24,773 bases of DNA from Paraspadella gotoi (Eukaryota > Animalia > Chaetognatha). The DNA is taken from NCBI GenBank assembly GCA_051294375.1, contig CM119268.1, positions 21,568,753 to 21,593,525 of the forward strand, written 5' to 3'. The notes beneath the pieces are model-generated. The model saw nothing but the letters and a program-made list of their open reading frames with translations, made no database searches and was not told the origin of the DNA. Shown one piece after another: positions 1 through 9,326 of the stretch; the first letter of the stretch is position 1, and every line of letters starts with the position of its first letter. Both the position numbers and the translations under genes were made by a program.

Positions 1-99
1 GTCATTCAACTTAATAATTAGCTAATTAATAATTTTATCTCTGAGAAAAAGAGAGAGAGAAAGAGAGAGAGAGAAACTTTAATAAAATTCAAGTTTTTT

Positions 100-452
100 T
101 CATTAAAACTCATTTTTATATGAACGATTCCATCGAAACTCTATAGCTCGCTTAATCACACAGTTTTCTACCCTCACACAAAATTTACTCTCAATTCATA
201 TATGCAATTCTGAATAAATAGTATATTAGTATAGTAATTAGAAGCCAAAAAATATAAGTGAATGTAACTTTTTTTTATATTTAAACTCATTTCCACTTGC
301 ACGGTTCCCTCTAAACTTCATATCCAGCCTAATCATACAATTTCCCACCCACACACAAAATTTTATTCTCATCCATCCATTCAATCACGAGTAATTGGAG
401 TTTAATGCAAAGGGGGACGTACAGACGGATGGACGGACAGACAGACGGACAT
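100..452. repeat. Two adjacent copies of a dispersed repeat core (..TTAAACTCATTTCCAC..CCCACACACAAAATTT..), the second followed by a GACG/GACA microsatellite; HINE/DINE-1-like non-autonomous Helentron fragment
   Basis: The same core recurs near 5445, 6360-6515 (inverted), 10710, 11640-12100 and 21660-21845 (inverted). A GACGGACAGAC tract plus a terminal hairpin in other copies resembles DINE-1/HINE architecture. Boundaries are approximate. Confidence 0.5.
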
Positions 453-566
453 CATTTTTTTTTAATAATTTATCTGATGCAATAAACCTTTCGTTTTCGT
501 TGTTATTTGGGATTTAGAGAGATGCAAAGTTTTTGAATTTGTTACAACGAATTTATTTGAGTTAAT

Positions 567-608
567 ACGGACATGTTTCGGCTCACATGTTCGAGCCTTC
601 ATCAGCGC
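567..608 (-). ncRNA. Minimal type I hammerhead ribozyme motif (Penelope-associated)
   Basis: Minus strand reads GCG-CTGATGA-A-GGCTC-GAACATGT-GAGCC-GAAA-CATG-TC-CGT. This gives an intact core, a 5-bp stem II, a palindromic stem III and a GUC triplet. Confidence 0.75.
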
Positions 609-815
609 TGATATATACCTTTATCTTTGTTGTACATTGCTCAAATGTAATTGTTTATATTTCTCTCTCTTTCTCTCTCTATCTCTCTCTCTCTCCCTCA
701 CTTACTCTTTCACCAAATTTTCATTTCTTTTCGCAACTTATTCAAATTGGTCTTATCTAAAATCTGTCCTTACCACTGATCACTGTTCTTTCTCAATTAT
801 TTAACCTTGCTCTTC

Positions 816-859
<44 letters not shown>

Positions 860-901
860 TTCTTTAACTCACAAATTGTATTCCAATTCACAAATGTTAA
901 G

Positions 902-938
902 CGCTGATGAAGGATCGAAAATTGTGAGCCAAAACTGC
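902..938 (+). ncRNA. Degenerate hammerhead motif
   Basis: CG-CTGATGA-AGGATC..GAGCC-AAAA: GAAA is mutated to AAAA and stem III is eroded. Confidence 0.5.
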
Positions 939-1042
939 TTTATTACAAATAAAATCGTTGTAAAAAATTCAAAAACTTTGCTAAAGACAAGAAAGATGAA
1001 ATTATACCAAAAAAATAGTCATCACCATTGAATTTTTCAGAC

Positions 1043-1360
1043 CAACGCAGAGAATGGATTATCAAGTGGCTTGCCTCTCTTTGCTTCTTCGTCTTTTCTT
1101 CTGATAGATCAATCAGAGAGGAGGCTTCCCTCAGGAAACCGACGGCAGAGAAACGAGAGAGGGAACTAGATCACTCTTCAACTTACCTTCAAGAAACAAA
1201 CATCAAACTCCTTATGGACTATTTGTTATATTGTTTATTGCCTGCCTTTTCTCTGCATAATCTACATATTTTGTATGTTAACTATCATCATCCCAACGTG
1301 TTCTTATGTCAATACAACTCCTATTTCTCCCTTAATAAACTACGCCTACTTCCTTCGTTG
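1043..1360 (+). repeat. 5' LTR (CAACG...CGTTG)
   Basis: Same length as 3658-3975 with about 13 substitutions by eye (about 96% identity); AATAAA at 1334-1339. Confidence 0.93.
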
Positions 1361-1378
1361 TGGTGAAAGAACTGGATT
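1361..1378 (+). promoter_or_regulatory. Putative primer-binding site TGGTGAAAGAACTGGATT
   Basis: Starts with TGG (complement of tRNA CCA) directly after the 5' LTR. The cognate tRNA is not recognised. Confidence 0.6.
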
Positions 1379-1797
1379 AGACTCACCACGCCTCCTAAGA
1401 AGACCACTCTACCAAAATTACGCTACCCTCCATCAAAAATAATGCTACCCTACCAAAAAGAATTACGTCATCCTACGTAAACCTTCCGATTTTACTACTC
1501 AAAAATATATATATAAAAATAAATTTAAAAGAAAAAAAATAAAAAAGATTCAACCAACAATTTTCTAAAAAAAAACAAAAAAACAAGACCCATTTTGCGA
1601 ATTTAGGAGTGCATTTAAATGTAGCCTGAGTGCAAAAAAAAATAAATCAAAAAAATTTTAAAAAATCCGTCAATCTCTCAAAAAAAGGAATATCTCCCGG
1701 AAAATTAAATTTAAGCTACATAAACAAAAAAACATTTCTTCAACATTTAAAACTCATACGAACAATCCTATATTCCCAGACTATTAAAAATTGAATT

Positions 1798-3599
1798 ATG
1801 AAATTCCAACGGCCACCCCCCCTTTACATTGGATTATGTAAAAAACGACGCCAAACTTAACAAAAGATCATCTCCTGGACTTTCTCTCTGAGCCACGCCG
1901 TCACATGACCCAGCATTGCTTCCAAAAACAAAAGACAAACTCGATCTCTCCCTGTTAATCCTATTCAGCCCCATCAATGTTTGACGGACCACACATAGGA
2001 GTAATAAAACTGTTTCAAAATAACTTAACTCATGAGGCCCGACTTTCATTTAGAAGCCCAAGCACCTCCTATGATCTTCCAATCGAATCACAAACCAAAC
2101 CTTGGCAAATGGATATCGTACCCATTCAGTCTAAGACGAACTCCACAAATGTGAAAACATGTCATTTGATCAGGCCAGAAAAAAATTATGATTTGTACAT
2201 TAGGTGCTATGACATTGAAGATGGTATAATCTTTAAAGCTGAATTTGATCGTTTATCCCGAGAAAAGAAGAAAAAGAAAAAAGAAAAGAAGAAGAAAAAA
2301 GGATAAAAGAAAAGAATGAAGAGGAATTACGTTTAGCAGGTGAATTATTCATGGCACAATTTAAAGTACCAAACCATTCAAAATCTGAAGGTACTGACGA
2401 CAAAGATAAATGTAAAGATGAAGTAAAAAACGATGTAGAAAAGACCACAGAGGAAGGAAAAGAGCTCGAATCAACTAGCCACAAAACCGGAGAAGAACAA
2501 AAACAGGCAATACCACCCAAGAAACTTACCATAGAACAGGTATTTGCCGAAATATTCTCTGGGCCTCCTGAACTAAGGAAAAAGAAAAAGGCCAGCAACT
2601 CTCCTGCTTCAAACACTCAACTAAACCAAACCATAAGGGATTCAGAAATACAAACAGATGCCTTACTATTCAAAACACTTGCATTGACAATTTCAACACA
2701 AACAGATAATCCCCCACATGGTAATATAGCAGAACAAAAGATACAAACAGAAGACATTAAAGACCCACAAAGCAAAACATTTAAAAAGATAGTTTCAACA
2801 CAAACTGATGAACCCCCAAATAGCATTACAATGGCAACACAAACTGATGAACCCCCAAATACAATACAATGGCAACACAAACTGAGGAACCCCCAAGCAA
2901 AAGTCTACAGGTTCTACCTGACTTCTCCAATTTGATTAAAACTCTCTCAGATACCCTAGATGAAATTTCTAATCTTTACCAAACTGACCAAGCTGGCCTT
3001 GAACATACAAAAAAATTTGATATTACAAAGAAGAAAGACTCGACCAAAGTCATATCAATGAATCAGAATTTATCATTCAAAATAACATAATGGAACTGTC
3101 CCACAGCAACAACCAAAAGTCTTTCCGCAGTATAAAGCTTGAGACCAAAATTCATTCCATAGAAGATCAACTGAAAAAACTTACTACTGAAATGTTACGC
3201 TTGAAAAATCTTAGTGCAAACAAATCTCAAAATTATAAGCAGCATAAACAAGAAAAGGTTGAGAAAAGAAAAACACTAAGAAACCAAGCAGATCCTATCA
3301 GAATCATCCCAAAACTGATGGATCTTAAAATCAAACCGCCATCAATCCACCAAAACCTAACAACCAGATACAACCAGCTAAACCCATTGGAAAAGCCTAG
3401 AAGGCACTACATGTTTTCTAAACAAATTAACAGATTGAATCCATTACATTACAATGACCACTGGGTGATGGAACAATACCTCCCATGGTGGACTTCAACT
3501 TCTCCACAGCCTCTTCATCCACACCTGATGAGGACTTATGAGCTTGACAAGGGGCCAATATACAGACATAGGAGATGGATAAATAGAGATTTGGGATAA
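1798..3599 (+). pseudogene. Frameshifted internal ORF of the LTR element (about 600 codons): charged/coiled-coil-like segments and a TQT-repeat block; family unknown
   Basis: ORFs 1977-2306, 2351-2935, 2869-3090 and 3090-3599 overlap or abut and can be joined by single frameshifts near 2260, 2865 and 3020-3050. The ATG at 1798 is tentative because stops follow it. Confidence 0.65.
2790..2897 (+). repeat. 39-bp coding tandem repeat (..ATGGCAACACAAACTGATGAACCCCCAAAT..)
   Basis: ACACAAACTGA.GAACCCCCAA occurs three times at 39- and 38-bp spacing. The 38-bp unit explains the frameshift between ORFs 2351 and 2869. Confidence 0.85.
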
Positions 3600-3643
3600 G
3601 GAACACGCTCGACCAATTCTCACATGACACGAGGTCTCGCAAT

Positions 3644-3654
3644 GGGAGGGGGGG
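3644..3654 (+). promoter_or_regulatory. Polypurine tract
   Basis: GGGAGGGGGGG lies 3 nt upstream of the 3' LTR. Confidence 0.85.
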
Positions 3655-3657
3655 TGA

Positions 3658-3975
3658 CAACGCAGAGAATGGATTATCAAGTGGCTTGCCTCTCTTGGCT
3701 TCTTCGTCTTTTCTTCTGATAAACCAATCAGAGAGGAGGCTTCCCTCAGGAAACCGACGGCAGAGAAACGAGAGAGGGAACTGGATCACTCTTCAACTTA
3801 CCTTCAAGAAACAAACATCAAACTCCTTATGGACTATTTGTTATATTGTTTATTGCCTGCCTTTTCTCTGCATAATCTACATATTTTGTATGTTAATTAT
3901 CATCATCCCAACTTGTTCTTATGTCAATAAAACTCCTATTTCTCACTTAATATACCACGCCTACTTCCTTCATTG
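3658..3975 (+). repeat. 3' LTR (CAACG...CATTG)
   Basis: Direct repeat of 1043-1360, followed by TSD AGAC. Confidence 0.93.
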
Positions 3976-3977
3976 AG

Positions 3978-4017
3978 ACCTTATTACAGTAAAATAATTA
4001 TGAATGGAATTTTATAT
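3978..4017 (+). CDS. GAF-PDE-like gene, small exon A (PYYSKIIMNGILY)
   Basis: Removing the LTR element restores TTTTTCAG|ACCTTAT. There is a GT donor at 4018, and the phase is compatible with exon B. Confidence 0.5.
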
Positions 4018-4100
4018 GTATATCTTAAATTTTGTTATCTTTGAACGCTCTACTGTACAGTAAGCATCTTATGATCGATTACTTATTTGTACCTTCACAG

Positions 4101-4176
4101 AGGTATCAAGACCCAAAAACCATAATCAGATTAGCTACTCAAGAATCTCTTCATTTATTGGACTCTTCTAATTAAG
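4101..4176 (+). CDS. GAF-PDE-like gene, exon B (RYQDPKTIIRLATQESLHLLDSSN*), in-frame TAA at 4173-4175
   Basis: CTTCACAG acceptor at 4100 and G|GTTTTT donor at 4177. The phase-1 junction gives GCT with exon C. Confidence 0.5.
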
Positions 4177-4215
4177 GTTTTTAATAATCTACAAATTTTA
4201 ACTTTTACTTTTCAG

Positions 4216-4468
4216 CTATCCCTGAATTCAGAGAAATAGAAAAATGCCTGGCTGAGGAACTTATTGGTCTAACTCAAACTGCAATTAGCCTAAGCATTGA
4301 AAACAGCCAAATCAAAAAAGAGATTGCTTCCCATATGACGAATGACCTTTTCCAGCTTCAATATCATTTTCTGGGGCATAAATGTTCTGTTGATGATATT
4401 ATGAGACAAATACCTATAATGGTACAAGACATATTACAAGTAGAAATATGTTATGTCGTCATCTTTAG
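4216..4468 (+). CDS. GAF-PDE-like gene, exon C (end of first GAF, linker, start of second GAF)
   Basis: TTTTCAG acceptor and AG|GTATTT donor. Open frame AIPEFREIEKCLAEELIGLTQTAISLSIENSQIKKE...VDDIMRQIPIMVQDILQVEICYVVIF resembles the GAF-A/GAF-B junction of PDE2/5/6/10/11. Confidence 0.72.
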
Positions 4469-4650
4469 GTATTTTTAAATATTTATCATATTAGCTTAAA
4501 TTATTTATTTAAAGCTGATTATTAAAGCTGCGCCAAAACCTAGTTTTCCTTAATTTGAATTATATCAAATATATTAAAAGTTACGAGTCCCATCATATGT
4601 AGCTTTCCATTAAGTGTTATAATTAAATCATTAATCTATATTTTTATCAG

Positions 4651-4914
4651 GGATGACAAAATGTTTGTCTACCTTAAAAAAGATCAAAACTTAAAAATAT
4701 TGAGCTGCCCAATAGTTCGATTTGGACTTTTCTATACTACGGCCCTTGAAGGCAAATTAAGTAACACGCAAGTCACATGGGAGAAAATGAAAACTCACGG
4801 AAATGCTTTTATTTTGAATGAAGTTAAGGATAGCTTGAGTAAAAAATCATACAGGAAGAACCGGATTAATTTCTTGATGCAGCCTGTGATTGTGGAAGAA
4901 AAAATGAATAACAA
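4651..4914 (+). CDS. GAF-PDE-like gene, exon D (GAF core, ..INFLMQPVIV..)
   Basis: TTTTTATCAG acceptor, phase-2 continuation in frame with ORF 4661, AA|GTAAAT donor. Confidence 0.72.
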
Positions 4915-5041
4915 GTAAATTTTTTATAGTTTAAATATGAACTAAATTTTACAAGGTTCTTACTTATTTTCACTCTCACTCACTCTTCTAAACTAAATGT
5001 GTACTTACATCTGACCACTATCCTTTTTTAATTCTTTGTTT

Positions 5042-5074
<33 letters not shown>

Positions 5075-5112
5075 TCTCCTTTCAAACCATGTTTCCAAAA
5101 CTTTTTAATTTA

Positions 5113-5152
5113 CGCTGATGAAGGCTCGAGTCAAGCGTCAAAACATGTCCGA
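5113..5152 (+). ncRNA. Degenerate Penelope-type hammerhead motif
   Basis: CG-CTGATGA-AGGCTC...AAAA-CATGTC-CG; same family as 567-608 with GAAA and stem II damaged. Confidence 0.5.
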
Positions 5153-5359
5153 TATTTACTATTATTGTAAATAAAACTTTTCTGTTGCCAAAACAAAGAA
5201 AATTCTTTTTGGTAATTTGAATCAAACGACACAAAATAGAAAGATATTCACACAAAGGTTCTGACATAAAACTTGCCCCCTATAAAAATAAATACCATGT
5301 CATCAGTATTTTCTACTTACCATAATAATATATTTTTAAAAAATTAGTTTAAATAATTG

Positions 5360-5618
5360 TGGAGGTGGACCGACGGACCGACTAAGTTGATTATAGAGTC
5401 GAAATCTGCTGATAAGCATATTAAATTTTTTTTTATAATTTTTTCCATTTAAACTCATTTCCACTTGCACGATTCCATACAAACGTTATATTCAACTCGA
5501 TCACACACTTTCTGACATGATATAAGTGAATGCCTGACAAGATTGGGGGGGCGGACCGACGGACCGACAAAGTGAATTATAGAGTCGGAATCTGCTGATA
5601 AGCAGATCCAACTAAAAA
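5360..5618 (+). mobile_element. HINE/DINE-1-like fragments ending in a hairpin plus A-run
   Basis: GGACCGACGGACCGAC..TTATAGAGTCG.AATCTGCTGATAAGCA occurs twice. Hairpin at 5583-5613 followed by AAAAA. Inverted copies at 6205-6310 and 9786-9865. Confidence 0.5.
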
Positions 5619-5707
5619 GAATAAAAGAGAGAGAGAGTAAGAGTAAGAGAAAAAAAGGGGGAAAAACATTGGTAAAAAATTAAGTGAAAAAGACAGGCTT
5701 TTTTTGC

Positions 5708-5883
5708 TATAGAGGCAAATCACCCCCAGGGGCAAAAATTCTCTCATACCTAAAAGTTACCCCTCAGGAAAGTAATTTTTGGCCAAGGGGATCTGCTATG
5801 GGGCCGCTCCTAAATGGCCAAAAGATTATCGCCCCTGGGTGCTTACCTGGGTATATAGTTTTTGCCCACCCCCAGAGGCTATA
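5708..5883. repeat. Imperfect GC-richer palindrome (MITE-like)
   Basis: GGGCAAAAA/TTTTTGCCC and TTTTGGCCA/TGGCCAAAA are nested symmetrically, with TATAG/CTATA at the ends. Confidence 0.4.
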
Positions 5884-6204
5884 CCTAGGTAGTAAGGCGG
5901 GCCAAAATTGATCACTTTAATCATAGGAGTTCTGTAAATAAAAATTCATTTGTCCATCATATACTTAATCAATATTTACTATCACTTTTTTAATTAGTGA
6001 AGCACAGTATAACATTGAAGCCTTTAAACATTTAATAATACATAGGCAATGAAACATTTTTTTAAATAATTTTATTTTTTAAGAGCGGTTTCAGATAGCC
6101 CATAAAAAGTTGTCTACACAAAGTATAAAGCTTTTTTAAATATTTCAATGTAAGTGGTCAAATAAGGGAAAAACCCTTAAAAATCATCATCATCATACAC
6201 ATAA

Positions 6205-6516
6205 TTTTTAGTCGGAACTGCTTGTCAGCCGATCCCGACTCTATAATTCATTTTGTCGGCGTCGGTCCGCCCCTCAATCTTGTCGGGCACTCACTTATAT
6301 CATGTCAGAACATCGAATAATGATAAATTATGCAAAAAAATGATTCCGTTCTTCGTCCTGCCGTCTGTCTGTCCGTCCGTCCATCCACCTTAGCAACACC
6401 CAATTACTCGTGATTCGATGGATTATTGGAATGAAATTTTGTGTGTGGGTAGGGAAGTGTTTGATTGAGCTGATATGAAGTTTCGATGGAATCGTCCAAG
6501 TGGAAATGAGTTTAAA
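6205..6516 (-). mobile_element. HINE/DINE-1-like repeat, inverted copy
   Basis: Reverse complement of 5511-5618, then a CCGT/CTGT microsatellite and the core seen at 280-452. Confidence 0.55.
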
Positions 6517-7049
6517 AATGAAAAAAATCATTTCACTATTTGAACACCAATTACTCATGAGTGTATGGGCGATTGACCTGAAATTTGTATGTTTTTTTTC
6601 CCGCTCTAAAAGATAGTTTGGGTTTCGTCCCTCTAGCAATAAAGCTTTTATAGATATTAAGCAAAAGTCCATTTTTTACCATTTTTTTTCATTTTTTTCA
6701 AAGTTGGCAGCATTTACTCTAAATTTTTTTTGAAAAAAAAATGTTCAAAATATTCATATGATGTATGGGCACCTTTTACACAATACTCGTTTTTAATTTC
6801 AAAACTTTTTCATATATGGAAAGGTCTAATGACCCCCAGTGTTGCCCCTTAACACCCGCCAGGGGAAGGCTTTTTTTGACGGTATACTTGGTTACTAGAG
6901 TAATGTGAAAATAATTTTATAAAATGAAAATTTAACATATAAACATAAAATAAAAACCAATAAAAATATTTTGGTAAATTTATTTTTTAATTTTATACAT
7001 TAGTAAGCTAAGTAAGCTATATTTATATATAGTAATAAGTAATATAATA

Positions 7050-9326
7050 GGTTCTAGTTGGTTGGGCGACTTCGCCATGGCGATATCGCCAGGCGTTTGG
7101 CGATGTCGCCAGTCCCCCACTGGCGACCTCGCCAGTGATAAAAGTAGCGAATATAATGAAAGCGCAGCTAACACGGGGATGAGCATCACCTCAGCTCCTC
7201 TCCCAACCCTAACCCTAAACAAACCTCCCGTTCAACTCTGCTGCCTCTCCCTAACCTAACCCGCGGCCTGGGCCTCCCGTACATCTCCATGCCCAACCCT
7301 AACCTAACCACCTTTGATGCATCAACCACGGGCCCCTCCCCAACCTAACCCTAAACCAAGCCTTCCATTCAACTCTGTGCCTCTCCCCTAACCCTAACCC
7401 ATGGCTCAACCTCCCGTACATCTCCGTGCCTCAACCCTAACCCTAACTGCCTTCGATGCATCACCACGGGCCTCCCCAACACCTAACCCTAAATAAGCCT
7501 CCCGTTCAACTCCATGCCTCTCCCTAACCCTAACCAGGCCCAGCCTCCCGTACATCTCCGTGCCTCAACCCTAACCCTAACCGCCCTTCGATGCATCAAC
7601 CATGGGTCCCTCCCGCACCCTAACCCTAAAACCAAGCCTCCGGTTCAAACTCCATGCCTCTCCCCTAACCCTACAGGCCCGGCCTCCCGTACATCTCCGT
7701 ACTCAACCCTACCCTAATTGCCTTCGATATATAACCCATGGGCCTCTCTCCCAACCCTAACCCTAAACCGGGCCAGGCCTCCCGTACATCTCCGTACCTC
7801 AACCCTAACCCTAATTGCCTTCGATATATAACCCACGGGCCTCTTCTCCAACCCTAACCCTAAACCGGGCCCAGGCCTCCCGTACATCTCCGTGCCTCAC
7901 CCTAAACCCTAACGCGGGCCTCTTGGTCATCAACAACACCCTCCCTACCCCTATCCCTAAAATTGACATTAATAATAAGCCTAAAATAAACTTAACTTAA
8001 CTCAACCCTAACCCTAAACTACTCAACCCTAACCCTAAACTACTCAACCCTAACCCTAACTACTACCAACTCAACCCTAACCCTAACCAACTCAACCCTA
8101 ACCCTAATCTGAGTTTAGTTTAGCGAAATCGCCATAAACTAGACGCTAGAGTAGTTCACAGCTAAATCGCCAAATGGCGAGGGCGTCATGGCTAAGTCGC
8201 GATTTGGCGATTTCGCACTGAACTACACTAGCGTTCTAGTTATGGCGATTTCGCCTAAACTAAACTCAGATTAGGGTTAGGGTAGTGGTTAGGGTTAGGG
8301 TTGAGTGGTAGTAGTTAGGGTTAGGGTTGAGTAGTTTAGGGTAGGGTTGAGTAGTTTTTAGGGTTAGGGTTGAAGTTAAGTTAAGTTTAATTTTAGGCTT
8401 ATTATTAATGTCAATTTTAGGGATAGGGGTAGGGAGGGTGTTGTTGATGACCAAGAGGCCCGCGTTAGGGTAGGGTTGAGGCACGGAGATGTACGGGAGG
8501 CCTGGCCGGTTTAGGGTTAGGGTTGGGAGAGAGCCCCGTGGGTTATAATCGAAGGCAATTAGGTTAGGTTGTTAGGTACGGAGATGTACGGAGGCCTGGG
8601 CCCGGTTTAGGGTTAGGGTTGGAGAGAGGCCCATGGGTTATATATCGAAGGCAATTAGGGTTAGGGTTGAGGTACGGAGATGTACGGGAGGCCGGCCTGG
8701 TTTAGGGTTAGGGAGAGGCATGGAGTTGAACGGGAGGCTTGGTTTAGGGTTAGGGTTGCGGGAGGGACCATGGTTGATGCATCGAAGGCGGTTAGGGTTA
8801 GGGTTGAGGCCGGAGATGTCAGGGAGGCTGGGCCTGGGTTAGGTTAGGGAGAGGCATGGAGTTGAACGGGAGGCTTAGTTTAGGGTTAGGGTTGGGGGAG
8901 GGGCCCGTGGTTGATGCATCGAAGGCAGTTAGGGTTAGGGTTGAGGCACGAGATGTACGGGAGGTTGAGCCTGGGTTAGGGTTAGGGGAGAGCACACAGA
9001 GTTGAATGGAAGGCTTGGTTTAGGGTTAGGGTTGGGGAGGGGCCGTGGTTGATGCATCAAGGTGGTTAGGTAGGGTTGAGGCATGGAGATGTACGGGAGG
9101 CCCAGCCCGGGTTAGGGTTAGGGGAGAGGCACAGAGTTGAACGGGAGGTTTGGTTTAGGGTTAGGGTTGGGAGAGGAGCCTGAAGGTGATGCTCATCCCC
9201 GTGTTAGCTGCGCTTTTCATTATATTCGCTACTTTTATCACTGGCGAGGTCGCCAGTGGGGGGACTGGCGACATCGCCAAAGCCCTGGCGATATCGCCAT
9301 GGCGAAGTCGCCAACCAACTAGAACC
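7050..9326. mobile_element. 2.28-kb foldback-type palindromic element with TTAGGG-containing subrepeats
   Basis: GGTTCTAGTTGGTTGGGCGACTTCGCCATGG... at 7050 is mirrored by ...CCATGGCGAAGTCGCCAACCAACTAGAACC at 9326. The arms match up to a centre near 8188. No TSD found. Confidence 0.9.
7198..7920 (+). repeat. About 137-bp tandem unit (4 full plus 2 shorter copies), each full unit with three short CCCTAA clusters
   Basis: The (C/T)GAT(GC/AT)AT landmark falls at 7316, 7455, 7590, 7726 and 7823. The array is mirrored at about 8455-9180. Confidence 0.85.

Larger units (their letters stand above)
524..981. mobile_element. Inverted pair of Penelope-like pseudo-LTR ends (arms about 524-610 and 899-981) around a CT-microsatellite spacer
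   Basis: GCAAAGTTTTTGAATTTGTTACAACGAATTTATTTG at 524 is the near reverse complement of 946-981. Each arm carries a CTGATGA..GAAA hammerhead-type core. Confidence 0.65.
1043..3975 (+). mobile_element. Non-autonomous LTR retroelement (2933 bp) with 4-bp TSD AGAC
   Basis: Two 318-bp direct repeats; AGAC at 1039-1042 and 3976-3979; TGG-starting PBS-like sequence after the 5' LTR; purine tract before the 3' LTR. No RT, RNase H or integrase motifs seen. Confidence 0.92.

Noticed and set aside
1098-1145. Hammerhead in the LTR (retrozyme idea)
   Set aside because: There is no CTGANGA core correctly spaced to GAAA.
1028-1366. ORFs 1028-1366 and 3686-3976 as genes
   Set aside because: They lie within the LTRs, use different frames of the same sequence and show no recognisable domain.
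2233-2880. Minus-strand ORFs 2233-2616 and 2617-2880
   Set aside because: They are antisense shadows of the A-rich plus-strand ORF.
3655-3972. Canonical TG...CA reading of the LTR
   Set aside because: It fits the 3' LTR alone, but needs changes at both ends of the 5' LTR, ignores the shared TTG after both LTRs and gives no perfect TSD. Disfavoured, not excluded.
8003-8375. Telomere-telomere fusion site or true telomere
   Set aside because: A fusion gives TTAGGG then CCCTAA; here the order is reversed, the runs are only 2-3 units long, and they are embedded in larger repeats.
7062-9322. ORFs inside the palindrome (LTLTL, LGLGL, PNPNP peptides)
   Set aside because: They are translations of CCCTAA/TTAGGG repeats, mirrored on both arms and broken by indels.
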